Of a stretch of DNA of 32,035 nucleotides, positions 1-19,216 are shown one piece after another. The notes beneath the pieces are model-generated. The model did no database searches. It saw nothing but the letters and a program-made list of their open reading frames with translations, and was not told the origin of the DNA. The DNA lies in the NCBI GenBank assembly GCA_000320545.1, contig ADNK01003203.1, forward strand, positions 1-32,035. Reading direction: 5' to 3'. Position 1 is the stretch's first letter; each line of letters begins with the position of its first letter. This DNA comes from Bigelowiella natans CCMP2755 (Eukaryota > Protista > Cercozoa). Made by a program: the position numbers and the translations under genes.

Positions 1-196
1 GGATATGATTCCTGTTTACATTTATTCAATGGCGCGTCCAAGCGCTAACCCCACTGACGCTACTTTTTGAATCGTTAGTCTCCTGCACCAGCGCGTAGAG
101 TGCGCGCGTGAGGGTAGTGCGTGAGTCCAAATATTGATAACAAAGAGCAGTCATTCTTGAGCTGTTGCAGTGAGTCTCTGAATCTATCTGTAACTC

Positions 197-222
197 CCTC
201 TCTCTCTCTCTCTCGCTCTCTA

Positions 223-272
<50 letters not shown>

Positions 273-287
273 TGCGCAAACACATAT

Positions 288-327
<40 letters not shown>

Positions 328-380
328 GCACGAAAACGCACACAAACACGCTTCCAGAGAGAGAGAGGGAGGGAGAGAGA
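197..380. repeat. Compound intronic microsatellite (CT)n-(GT)n-(AT)n...(GA)n
   Basis: Directly visible. Similar (AT)n, (CA)n, (CT)n, (GAT)n, (GTA)n and C/G runs fill introns at 1-14.5 kb and 28-32 kb. Confidence 0.95.
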
Positions 381-398
381 GCGCTAAATACATACCAG

Positions 399-5706
<5,308 letters not shown>

Positions 5707-5859
5707 GCGGGATTTTGCATTTGATTCTTGTAAGATCGCCGACTCCGATAAAGAATTTTCGCCTTGAAATTATATATGTCGCTGGTGTGTGTGTAAATTG
5801 TATACGCGTGTATGCATACCTACTGGTTTTGGCAGTTATATTGCTCAATCCTTATTAGC

Positions 5860-6930
5860 CAGCGGAGCAATGTGCCCACACTCATTCGCCATGCATGCTA
5901 CAAATTAGTACGGCTGACTAGCTGAGTGCGCTAGTACGTGCTAGCATGGCGCATACATACATTATTACTAGCAGATTAGCTAGTTAGTAGCATCATCATT
6001 GATCAATGTTTACTTAGGGTGCATTGCAGCGCAGTCACTTCCATAGCAGCACAGTGTGCGCAGTAACAACTGTCATCATGCAATGCAGAGCCACATTTCT
6101 AGATTTGCACTGCTCCTTCTAGATTGTGAACATCAGCACCCATGATGATGCCTTGCTTGCTAGCTTGATCGAATGCACACACATGCGCGTGCGCGCGCAT
6201 GACGGTTTGTTTTCTCTAGTTGTTTGCATGTGTTTAAACGCAGCGTGGCGGTGCGATCGCATCGTCTGCTAGTAATGCTAGCATGATGGTCGAGATCGTC
6301 GCATGCTATAGCATGCTGCGCTAGTAGCCCAATGCGTGTTGCACGCGCGCACTGCTCGCGCTACACACGCTAAGCACTACTACCAGACTAGAGTGTGTGT
6401 GCGTGCATTCAACAGCACACAGAGTGGCGTGCAGCAACTAGTGCAGATTAGCTAGTGAGATGTCTTTTGTGTGTACGTATCTAATGCCCCTCCCGAGCTA
6501 GCGAGTTGCACGTATCGTAGTTCATCTGTACGTACTAATATTGTTAGCACACGCGTGACCTGTAAACTCCAGAAATGAAGCGTTCTTGTGAATTCGAGGA
6601 ACTACATGTGTGCTATACGCGTACACACAACAAATAGCCTTTACATAGGGCTCTTTTTACATCTTGAAATCTAGGCTTTTATTGCTTAATTAACTAATGC
6701 ACGTGCACTGCATGCAGCACGTATCTCGAAGAATTTACGTTTTAATCCATCATTGCGAAGACGAACCCGTGATCGCGCTGATTCCACGTCGTTTCGCTGC
6801 CCGCAGTGCATATAATGGCAGTCATGGTATTACATCATTGCGCTATTGTTGAGCAGCAGGTGCAACCTTCGGGCAACATGCACTTTTGCTGTGGCAAAGC
6901 ACGCACCTGCTAGCCTGGTATACAGCCGGC
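5860..6930. other. CTAG/CATG/TGCA palindrome-rich spacer between convergent ASL and RUVBL1 3' ends
   Basis: Many gctagc, gcatgc, ctag, tgca and gcgc words, no long ORF. Confidence 0.75.
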
Positions 6931-6937
6931 TTACTAA

Positions 6938-9940
<3,003 letters not shown>

Positions 9941-11076
9941 CTAAATAGTCACGATAATTTCGTGATTAGTGGGGATTACGTAACCAGGCGAAGGGGGAAG
10001 GGTAGCAAGCTAATTCTGCGTGGCAATTGCGCGATGTAGATGAGCGGCTTATGCCGACCACCAAGCGCCACACGCTTAATATGAAAGGGAGAAAGTACGA
10101 ATATGCAAACTGGTCTCAGAACTAAACATTCAACGGGCATTTGCAAATCCCTGAGGGGGGAAGAGCGGTGGAGGGGAGGAGCCACCTTGGTTGCCATGGT
10201 TTTTGGGTTTTTGCGGGTTTTATGGAGTTTCCAGACTAACGAGGATGATCTTTGGCGAACTATTTGGTAAAAATGGGTCCCTAAATGTACACGTTTTGGA
10301 ACATCTTCATGTCGTAAGAGGGAATTTCAAATGGACCACGAATTTCGATTCTCAAGTTTTCGGGAGCGTTTAGTGGAACGAGCAGGTCCAGGCCTAAAAA
10401 AACGATAAATTAAACACTTACGATATAGGCCGTTTTATATCTTTGTGAGTATAAATGGATGTCTCTATTAAAATTAGTAGTCATTATATTCCAGATGAGC
10501 CCTTTTGCCTTTCGCGCCAGTTTCTTAGGGTCGACCGCCTAATAAATTTCATCTAAAATAATTCTCTACTCTCTCGACGAGATCTCTAGAAAGCTAATTC
10601 TGAATTCTGAAAGCAGAGCAGCTGCTGCAGCTATTTTAAATGTAAAAATTACCATATTTTACGTTTGTTGCCGAAAACACAACTAATATACCCTACATTT
10701 CCAAACATATGCGAGAAAACTTGTAGATAATAGCTGACTATCTACGTGGAGTCGTCGTAATTTGGTGATCTGCCCGCAGATACGAAATTCCACATTAGGC
10801 GTATTTGTAGCATTTATGGATTTTGATTTAAGTCGTAGTACACAAATGTAACTTATTTGAAAGAAGCGAGACACTTGTCGCTGGAGTTCCGACAAAATAT
10901 TTTCAGCTTTTGAATGAAAAACACACTGCTTTGTGTCAAGGATAAATATTTTAAAAAATGAGAATATCTGTATATTTATTGTATTTTGACATGTATTTTG
11001 AGATTTATGAAAGATAATAGCCAGATATATGTATCTTAACATTCAAAGTCTGAGTTGCTTCCGTCCCCCCCCGGCC

Positions 11077-11925
11077 ATGCAAGACGACCGAGCCCAATAC
11101 GCCAAAGCAGGTAAAAAGTATGTTTTATCAAATCGGGCTTGAGTGGATTGCCTGAATCTGTATACTTCAGCATATAGTTAGTTGCTTGTGATTCTTAGAT
11201 TCCTCATCATTCCAAAAATGCTCATATTATTATTACAAACGTATTCGTCCCTCGCAGATTATGTTGGCCACATGAATGATGAGGAAAAAATGGTAATTTC
11301 AAGAGAATCTTAGCCCTTGCATAATTTCTTACAAAATCAAATCTTTCCATATTTCACGACGGTCTGTGTTGCATGATTAGGAGCCCTCCGCCCCTCCTAT
11401 CCAAGAACCAAGCAACGACGACAATGGATTGATGGGTCTTCGAATCACAATTTTCCAACACAAATAACTGATTATAGCTACGCAAAAAACTCTCAGCAGC
11501 TGTTTGTGACATCTAATAGGCGACAAACAGAATCCCGAGGATGGAGCAGGCCCAGCTTCAAATGTCTTCGAGGTGTGTGTGATAGGTGTTTGTGCTGTTT
11601 GTTTTCTAGTGCCGCGGTGATGCCCCGATTATTTTGGCTACTTTATTGCATATCTCTGAGAGAGTTCAGACATGCTTCATACCATGCGCGAATTCGAAAT
11701 TTCTTGTGGCATCCATGAAGGGAAGGACGGAGAGATGAAGCCACACAATTGTATAGGTCGATATGGCGATCATATGCATTGCATCCCTGGTGGAAATGAC
11801 TGCTGCCTCCAAGCTCTGCCACGACATAGGGTCCTGCAACAAACAGGTAATCGAACCAAATTGCCGAAACCATTATCTTTCCGCGCAATGTAAGCTGAAC
11901 GTAGAAAAGTATCAATATTTGTAAA

Positions 11926-11961
<36 letters not shown>

Positions 11962-12464
11962 TCACTAGCTATTCGTACCATTTTTCAGTTCGGATACGCA
12001 GTGGCGGTCGGTGTCCTTGGCTTTGTTATTGCCTTTGCGTACCTTGTGATTCTCAAGCGGCAGCCAGAAGCGCTAACTCCTCTCAACGGGTAAGAAATGG
12101 CGTGTCGACTTGGAAGAGCAACCCCTTTTTCATGAGATAGATGTCTTCGGAAATCCAATCCTTTTTCGTGCTTCGTGGGAATTTGCTCCAGTATTTGATC
12201 TCCCACGCCCTTTTGAATCGTCGCGGTGACTTCTTCACCCACTGAGGTTGATTCGTCGTCGGTGTGTGTGTGTGCGTAGGGTGGTGGGAGGCTGTAACTT
12301 CGTGTTTTGGACGGTGGCGTTGGGCGTGCTAACGTTTGACCGACCGTTTGTCTATACTGGGAACGGTTACTTTTCTACATGGACCGCATTCCTTGCAGGT
12401 AAATGGCGATGTATCTCCAGCGTTTGCTTTGTAGATGTATTTCTTGTGCTAGTGGCACTTACTT

Positions 12465-12503
<39 letters not shown>

Positions 12504-14118
12504 TTTCTCTTTCTCTCAATCCCCCTCTCCACGAAACCCCACCCTCTCTTTTGTAGCGGCCCATTTTGTCTTCTGGTCGGTGCCAAAGTTGCAAAACCTC
12601 GTCAACCAGCTTAGAGAGGTCAGAGAGCACGTATACATAGAAGGCGGATATATAGTCTCGTGACGATTTTGGAAGATTTGCTGTATTTTTCCACGGTGTT
12701 TCCAAATAAGTCACCGGTTCTAGAACGAAGGGCATTGTAGACAGTCTTTGACGGTCTGCGTGCTCCAACCTCGGTTGATTCGACGAATCAAGTGTGCGAT
12801 CTTATTGGATTCTGTGGTGGTGTGGTGATGTGTTGTTGTCCCGTCTCCTCCTCCTTTCTTCTTCTTCTTCTTCTTCTTCTTCTTCTTCTTCTTCTCCGCG
12901 AACAACAGGGGGCATTCCAGCAGTGGAGCAGAAAGATACTGCTTGTCATCCTCCTCGCCTCTGTAGTGGAGGTAGTATTAGCAGCAGTAGAAGTAGTAAT
13001 AAAAGTATTAGCTATAGCAGTTATACTCGATGGCTGCAGAGAACCTGAGCAAGATCTCGAAATAGTACAAAAATCGAGGGGCTCGTGACAGAGAGAAGAG
13101 AGCAGCACGTAGTATCGTAGAATATTGAATCGTAATGCCAAAAGCCTCTTGCGATGTTGCGTGTCGCGCACTGAGGCCGGTGATAGTTGTAGCGGTAAGT
13201 TTAGTGACAAATTGAAGACAGCTTTCTTCTGATTCTCTGCTGCATTCACTGCGTGCGCGAGTCATAGCTACAGCATTATTTGTGATGATGCGCAATACCA
13301 CCCCCCCCCCCCCCCCCCCAATATCTCTTGATTCGGTCAGGTGTTTGCTGCAGCTAACGTGTGCTCAGTCACCGACTTTTGCAAGAAGGGCAACGGATGG
13401 GCGGTCAGTAGCAGCATCATCAGCATCATCAGCATCATCAGCAGCACTAACACGAAAAGGGGGGGGGGGCTCACTTGCACTCCTACTACTACTCGCCTAA
13501 CATCCCTGGACGCGAAAGCACGAGTCAATGAGATCTGCTGTGTGTGATGCATTATTTTTCCATAGGTTGCCGCAGGGACGATATCCACGGTCTTTGTGGG
13601 GGTGCTGCTATTGATTCCCCAGATAACGTCAAGGTTCCTGCATTGGTTTTCGTGTGTCATTCTACTCTGGTGGGTTGTTGGAGCTGCCGTGATGACGTAC
13701 GATGGCCCCTTCATAACTGCGGGCAACGGCTTCTTCGCCTGTTGGATTGCGGTAGTTCAGTCAGTAGAAGCTTGCATTATGACGATAATAACGATTGACG
13801 ATGACGGTTATGATGATGGATGGCGATGATGATTATTACAACTGTGCGTATTGGGAGGAAGGCGAAATGCCATAATGCCGGCAATCAATCGTCGTCGTCG
13901 ATGCTGCAGAGGAAAGGGGGGAAGTTTGGGATGTTGGGATGGTTCTCCGTGTATATGATGTAATGTAGAGTAGTATCACATGTGTACTTCGACGATGTGA
14001 TGCTGTTTTGTTGTCGCTCTGTTAATTTCCTGAATTGCTTGCTGCAAGGTTCTGGCTTCCTTTTACCTCGCATACTTCTCATTGTTCGGCGATCCGATGG
14101 AAGATGATGGAGATGCTG

Positions 14119-14149
<31 letters not shown>

Positions 14150-14539
14150 CTTGTGTGCCTAAAAGCAGCAACAATGCGTACAACATCGTGAGTATATTGC
14201 TATGGTGTGATAATAACGGTGTTGTTGTTGTTGTTGATGTTGATGATGATGAGGATGATGATGATGATGATGGCGATGATGTATTTTGCCTTTCAAGTAG
14301 AGGCGTAATTATTGTTGTTCGCTGTTGTCTAGGCAATGCTGGACATGGCCCTTCCGGGTATCAAGATGCAGGTTTGTTATTCACTCGAAGCTATTGAGCA
14401 AGAAGATAATTATGATGTTGATGATGATGATGATAACGACGACGATGACGGCGCTGACGACGGCGATAAGTATGATGATGGTGACGATGCGAAAGGATCT
14501 CTCCTGTTTTTTATACTCAAAGCCATCGACACTAAATGA
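11077..14539 (+). CDS. Multipass membrane protein with two internally repeated ~4-TM units (MARVEL-like fold suspected)
   Basis: Exons approx. 11077-11110, 11258-11292, 11381-11435, 11520-11572, 11757-11846, 11989-12089, 12280-12398, 12557-12618, 12909-12971, 13341-13403, 13566-13751, 14049-14118, 14333-14371, 14523-14539 (TGA). Repeat 1: IASLVEMTAASKLC..SC..GYAVAVG..FWTVALGVLTFDRPFVYTGNGYFSTW. Repeat 2: LASVVEVFAAANVC..FC..GWAVAAG..WWVVGAAVMTYDGPFITAGNGFFACW. An extra small exon in 11573-11756 cannot be excluded. Confidence 0.8.
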
Positions 14540-14689
14540 ATCGTGAGCGCCGCTTGAGAGTGATAACGGAGGGCTACTTGATGCAATTAAATTTATTCAC
14601 AACTCCACAAAAAGCGAGCATTCAAATGTTGCAATTTGTGAATTCAGGCGGGAATCCGGAATTTCCCTCAGCCGATCTGTAATAGCAAG

Positions 14690-15180
14690 GCCTGCTCATA
14701 AGCTAGGCAGAGTGAATCTATGATCAATCTACGCCACGCTAGCACGAGCAAATAGGAACTTATACATCAGCAGCGAAAATAGCTATCATCATATTTTATG
14801 AGTATAGACGAGTCTTTGGAACGTTCATACGACGCTACTACGTCTCTCTTCATAATGTGGAAAAGATGGAAGATGATTTCAGCATGCATTTTGTTACATC
14901 ACGCAATCTAGCACAATGCTAGCAATGGTGCTCATCGATGACTTGCCTGCAGCGCTTGCGTTGTGTCTAGCTGTTTCTTCAACGGTGCATGCATGTATGC
15001 ATGCCTAGCAGGTGTAGCCACATGCCCGTCTAATGCAAAACGGGGTCTAGATCTTGTGAGGCTTCCTTCACATCCTAGCATACTAGCTAGCATAGCACGT
15101 AAAGCTGATCGAGATATAGCACAAATGCAGCACAGCTAGACAGACTGTAATAAGTCCAAAAGTTTGCCTAGTTATAACAA
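14690..15180. other. Palindrome-rich spacer between convergent genes 3 and 4
   Basis: e.g. gctagca, gcatgcatgtatgcatgcctagc, ctagctagcatagc, tctagatc. Confidence 0.7.
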
Positions 15181-15239
15181 CTTGTGTGAAGGCTTTTGTT
15201 GAATCAACATTGCACATTCATCCATTAAAAGCACGCTTA

Positions 15240-16595
15240 TTATTTCTGAAGTTGGGAGAATGCCAATGAAAATTCATCGAAATCTATTTTCCCATTCCTG
15301 TCATGATCCAGGCTGGTGAACACCTCGTTTAATAAACTCGCCTTTGGCCTTCTCCCTAGGGAAGTAAGTGCCTTTTTGAATCCGTTTCGAGAGATAACCC
15401 TTTCCTCATCATTTTTTGGCGTGTAACAATCAAATATTTTCTTCATCGCCCGTTCAGCGAGCCGTGGGGTCTTGGGAATGGACTTGAATTGCTCGCTTTC
15501 GGAGTGACCCAGAAATACCTGAGAGAATATTTCCTTCTGTCTGTTTCTCTCTGCTGCCATGTTGTTCTCGTTGCTCATAGCCTTTTCTTTGATCGTAAGA
15601 GGATCTGAACTAGCAAGAGAGGAATTGTGTTCACACTCTTCCTCCATTGTGCAGCCTGAGTGGTCATAGCATTTGGACACAGTGCTGGCATCTACACCAG
15701 ACATTTCAGCTTCTTTCCGTTTTGCGTTACGAATTGCGACAAGTCTCATCGACTTCCGCTCGCCAGTTGGCGTGTCAAAATACCACTTCGGTGTCTTCTG
15801 AGATAGTCCCTTGACCGCGTTCCAACAGACAAGTTTTCTGTATCGATTCATTCGAGCGCGTCGTGCTTGGTTGCGCTTCGCTCTGAAACATTTATCCATA
15901 ACAGTTGAAAGCTTCTGAGATTTCTCTTTTCGCTTGGAGCTCTTCACCGAAGCCTTCTGTGTCTTCCTTGAAAGGGCTGTCTTTTTTTTGGTCGTCTTCT
16001 TCCTTAATGCCTTATGCAACGAATCAACGGATGATACGTGAGATTTTCTCGAAGTATACTTTTTGCCTGGCGATAGATGCAGGAAGAAGCCCTTGCTTGT
16101 ATCTCTGGCCAACAAACGCGAGGAAGCAACGTCATCAGGAATGCGCCTGCCGTCGAATGCGACGATATTATTCCCTCCATGGGTAAAACGAAAGGCGATC
16201 TGTCTTTCTTTAGGCTTCACAGATCCCGCGAAGCTCTCACTTAAATCCTGATACTTCACCGTCACGCGAAAATTTACTGTACGGTTAGGGTTTGTGAACG
16301 TGGAGTTGGTGTGCGTCCTGTAGTTCAGGACGTGCACGATGTAGTCCCCATTTGGTGGGTTATTCCAAAACACGTTCTCCACAGGTTCGGTAGACTCCCC
16401 AGTGACATTCATGTCAACATCTTGCCAGCCTCCACATTCGCTTTTCATATTAGTCCAGCAAATAGTCTCGCCGCTCGGTGCCGTCACGTGCAGGGCCAGA
16501 TCTGTAATATCGTTCCACATGAGAGAAACATAGAGCTTCCCGTCCTGTGCCCCCTCACGGAATCGCCTTTTCTGCATCGTTTGTTCGGCTGACAT
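15240..16595 (-). CDS. Intronless 451-aa protein: N-terminal YfaP/DUF2135-like domain, Lys/Arg-rich linker, C-terminal EF-hand pair
   Basis: Single long ORF. LYVSLMWNDITDLALHVTAPSGETI..GGWQDVDMN..EPVENVFW..PNGDYIVHVLNY matches the YfaP/DUF2135 pattern as recalled (L.W...DLDLHV..P.G..LDVD..P.EN..G.Y.V.V..Y). DHDRNGKIDFDEF is a canonical EF-hand loop, preceded by a degenerate one (IFDCYTPKNDEERVISRNGFKKAL). Confidence 0.8.
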   Translation of the reverse strand: MSAEQTMQKRRFREGAQDGKLYVSLMWNDITDLALHVTAPSGETICWTNMKSECGGWQDVDMNVTGESTEPVENVFWNNPPNGDYIVHVLNYRTHTNSTFTNPNRTVNFRVTVKYQDLSESFAGSVKPKERQIAFRFTHGGNNIVAFDGRRIPDDVASSRLLARDTSKGFFLHLSPGKKYTSRKSHVSSVDSLHKALRKKTTKKKTALSRKTQKASVKSSKRKEKSQKLSTVMDKCFRAKRNQARRARMNRYRKLVCWNAVKGLSQKTPKWYFDTPTGERKSMRLVAIRNAKRKEAEMSGVDASTVSKCYDHSGCTMEEECEHNSSLASSDPLTIKEKAMSNENNMAAERNRQKEIFSQVFLGHSESEQFKSIPKTPRLAERAMKKIFDCYTPKNDEERVISRNGFKKALTSLGRRPKASLLNEVFTSLDHDRNGKIDFDEFSLAFSQLQK

Positions 16596-17008
16596 CTTTC
16601 CTGAAGCAATGAGGTGGGAGGTCTGCGTTTGAATTGTGAGAAGACTGATAGGGTGTGAGGCAGCATTTTTTCGTTCTCCATTGTTCGGAAGGAAGCTCGT
16701 CTCAGGAAGTGAAGTAGGACAGCCCTTCCACCTTGACTTAAAAATAGATATTTAGCGGGAAAATCATTGTCGTAGGGGGGAAAACACTATTCCCATAAAG
16801 CCGAAATTTTGAAACACCGGTGTGTACGCGTGAGCCCAGCCGTTTACAATCCATACCTTGTCGCAGGAAAAGAATAGAAGACAAATGGAGGAATGTCTTA
16901 GTGTTTCGCAAGAACTTGTTGTCGTACAAGCAATATGCAACCCCTTTTCAATGTTTCTCCGAATTTTCCTGGAATGCGACAACATCTTTCGGAGATTTTC
17001 AGCTCCTA
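16596..17008. promoter_or_regulatory. Putative bidirectional promoter region (~410 bp) between divergent genes 4 and 5
   Basis: Head-to-head start codons at 16595 (-) and 17009 (+). Positional inference only. Confidence 0.5.
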
Positions 17009-18031
17009 ATGGCGTCCGGTAGCTCAACATCGACTCGACTCCGCTACTCGTTACGGGTGCTCTGGATATCCTGACTGGTTTTGCTTTTGTTTCAATCAGG
17101 TAGCACGGGCGCAACCGCGGGCGCAACTGCAAAAAAGACGGGAGACCAACTATGGAAGGGAACGAAAAAGACTGCCGCAAAAGCTGCTGCTGGTGCCGCT
17201 AACGGTTTGGTAGTCGCTACAGTGTTGCACCCGTACGATGCAGCGCTGTACCGTGCTTGGATGCGTCAACGCCCCTTTCTCCATAAGGCGCAATGGGTGA
17301 ATCCCTGGGAAGGGCTGTCCCAAACAATCGTCGGGAGAATCTACTCCAACGCCTTGTGGATACCACTCTATGATATGAGCTTGACCACCGTGTACTCGAA
17401 CATGGGGGTGGGGGCATGGCAAAGCTGGGTGGCTGGAATGGGGGCGGGCGCGCTCAACTCAGTGCTTACGCATCCTCTTGCAGCGATAAAATACCAGATG
17501 TGGAATTCAGGACACAGCTTCGAGCGGACGGCAAAGGCGATGATTGGGGATGGCGCGCAGAATTTTATGAGAGGATCCATGGCAACAGTCAAGCGCGATA
17601 TCATCTTTGGAGGAGTCAGTGCAGTTACCCAGCACAAGCTTGCTAAGCTAATCATCATGGCAAACGCACCCTCTTCCGTGGATAACGTGAACCCCAAGCA
17701 CGAAGTCAAACCATTAGTCTTCGGATTAGGAACGGTCGCAGGCGCGCTGGCATCGTCGCCTTTCAACTACGAGCGAAATAGGGCGTTCCAAACGCCTCTG
17801 GGGAGAAGTCCTCCTGGTACCATGGAATGTTTCCGCACGCTTTGGAAGGAGATGCAGGCTGCTTTCCTGACAAAAGGAGTTCTTGGAAGCTGGAATCACC
17901 TCTCTAATCAAATGCGGTGGGGGTGGGGTACCATGAGGGTAGGTCTAGGCATGGGCATTGGTGCGTGGGTATATCACAGCTTGGCCGAGGCGACAGAGAA
18001 GGTGCTCCTTGCCACAGAGGAGGATACATGA
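17009..18031 (+). CDS. Divergent mitochondrial carrier (SLC25/MCF) family protein
   Basis: Likely exon 17009-17018 (ATG GCG TCC G), intron 17019-17099, exon 17100-18031 (TGA), ~313 aa. Three carrier repeats: AGAANGLV..HPYDAALYR, AGMGAGAL..HPLAAIKYQ, GTVAGAL..SPFNYERNR, with MRGSMATVKRDIIFGG in the even-helix position. Confidence 0.85.
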
Positions 18032-18769
18032 GGGAGGAGATAGTGATTGGATTTCAATCAAATACTCAGACGTACGTGTAATTAATATAGGATATCTTAG
18101 GGTCAGGAGTTTAAAAATATTTTTAACCGCCTACTCATTATCACTTCAAAGAAGAGATGCCAAACTTTCCACCTAAATAATTACTATTCTATTATGCCGG
18201 TGGTGTCATTTAACTAGTCATTCGTGCAAGAAATATGGGAGCAAATCCTAGTAACTATATTTGATCTCTTCTTCACTTGAAAGCAAAAATGTCACAATTA
18301 CCATGACATTTGTTAAATAGTCAACATTTATAATTTGTCGACTCGCCAACTCGTCGACCACATCACAATCTTAATATTAAATTTGAAGTACTACTTAATG
18401 GTTTTGGTGTGACCAATTAGTTTTATACTTATCCACGCCTCAAAATTTGCATGGATTTTGGGGATTTTGGCACCAAAATACTGTCGTGGAATACTGAGCA
18501 ATGAAAATGATTACAACTTTTTTTATTTTTTGGGCTTCAAGAGGCGGAATGCCTCGAAGGAAGTCTCATGAGGCTATAGGCACAGTGTGTGTTGCGTCTA
18601 TTAATGGCGGGGGAATCGTATTGACTTTTGTCGTAATGCAGGGATAAACTGCATCTTCCAAGCAACACCACAATGTGCATGAAAATCTAGAAATGATTCG
18701 TTTTGGAGCAAGCTTGCACATCCATTTTGTACAACATGAGAAAATGCATTGTAATGGTCGCTTGATGTA

Positions 18770-19100
18770 ATTCAGCAATGCTTACATCTAGACATGCAGC
18801 GTAATTATTTCTTTTTTTAACCAATACAATAGAGCAAGCAGAATTGTTTCATGCAATGATACATGCAAGGTCAACACGCTAACATGCATGGCATGATGCG
18901 CAAGCTACAGCGAACAAACAAACACTGCTGCTATGTGTGCTACGATGCATCTACTCCGCTAGCTAGCTAGTTCCGCGTTAGTGCGGCGCAGCTATGTCAG
19001 GTGCACATTCACTCATCGTAGCAACCTTTGTCCGAGGACTAAAACTAAACAATGTGTAGAACCGATTTGCGTGAAGCAATGCATAAAGTCTACTAGGTCT
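18770..19100. other. Palindrome-rich spacer between convergent genes 5 and 6
   Basis: e.g. catctagacatgc, catgcatggcatg, gctagctagctag. Confidence 0.65.
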
Positions 19101-19216
19101 AAACCAGCTTTAATTCCGCACGTTCCGAACAAAAATATCCTCGAGATAATATAACTTAATTTAAAAGCTCACGAGTTTTTTGTGCGACCTGGATTGTCGT
19201 ATCTTTTTGTAAATTT

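Noticed and set aside
79-113. Possible ASL exon (tag|TCTCC...GAGG|gtagtg; LLHQRVECARE) that is phase-compatible with the exon at 399
   Set aside because: It does not resemble the expected LWGGRF N-terminus and cannot be supported without upstream sequence or cDNA.
10683-11042. 119-aa minus-strand ORF in the divergent spacer; likewise 27377-27769 (+)
   Set aside because: No recognisable motifs or splice structure; consistent with chance ORFs.
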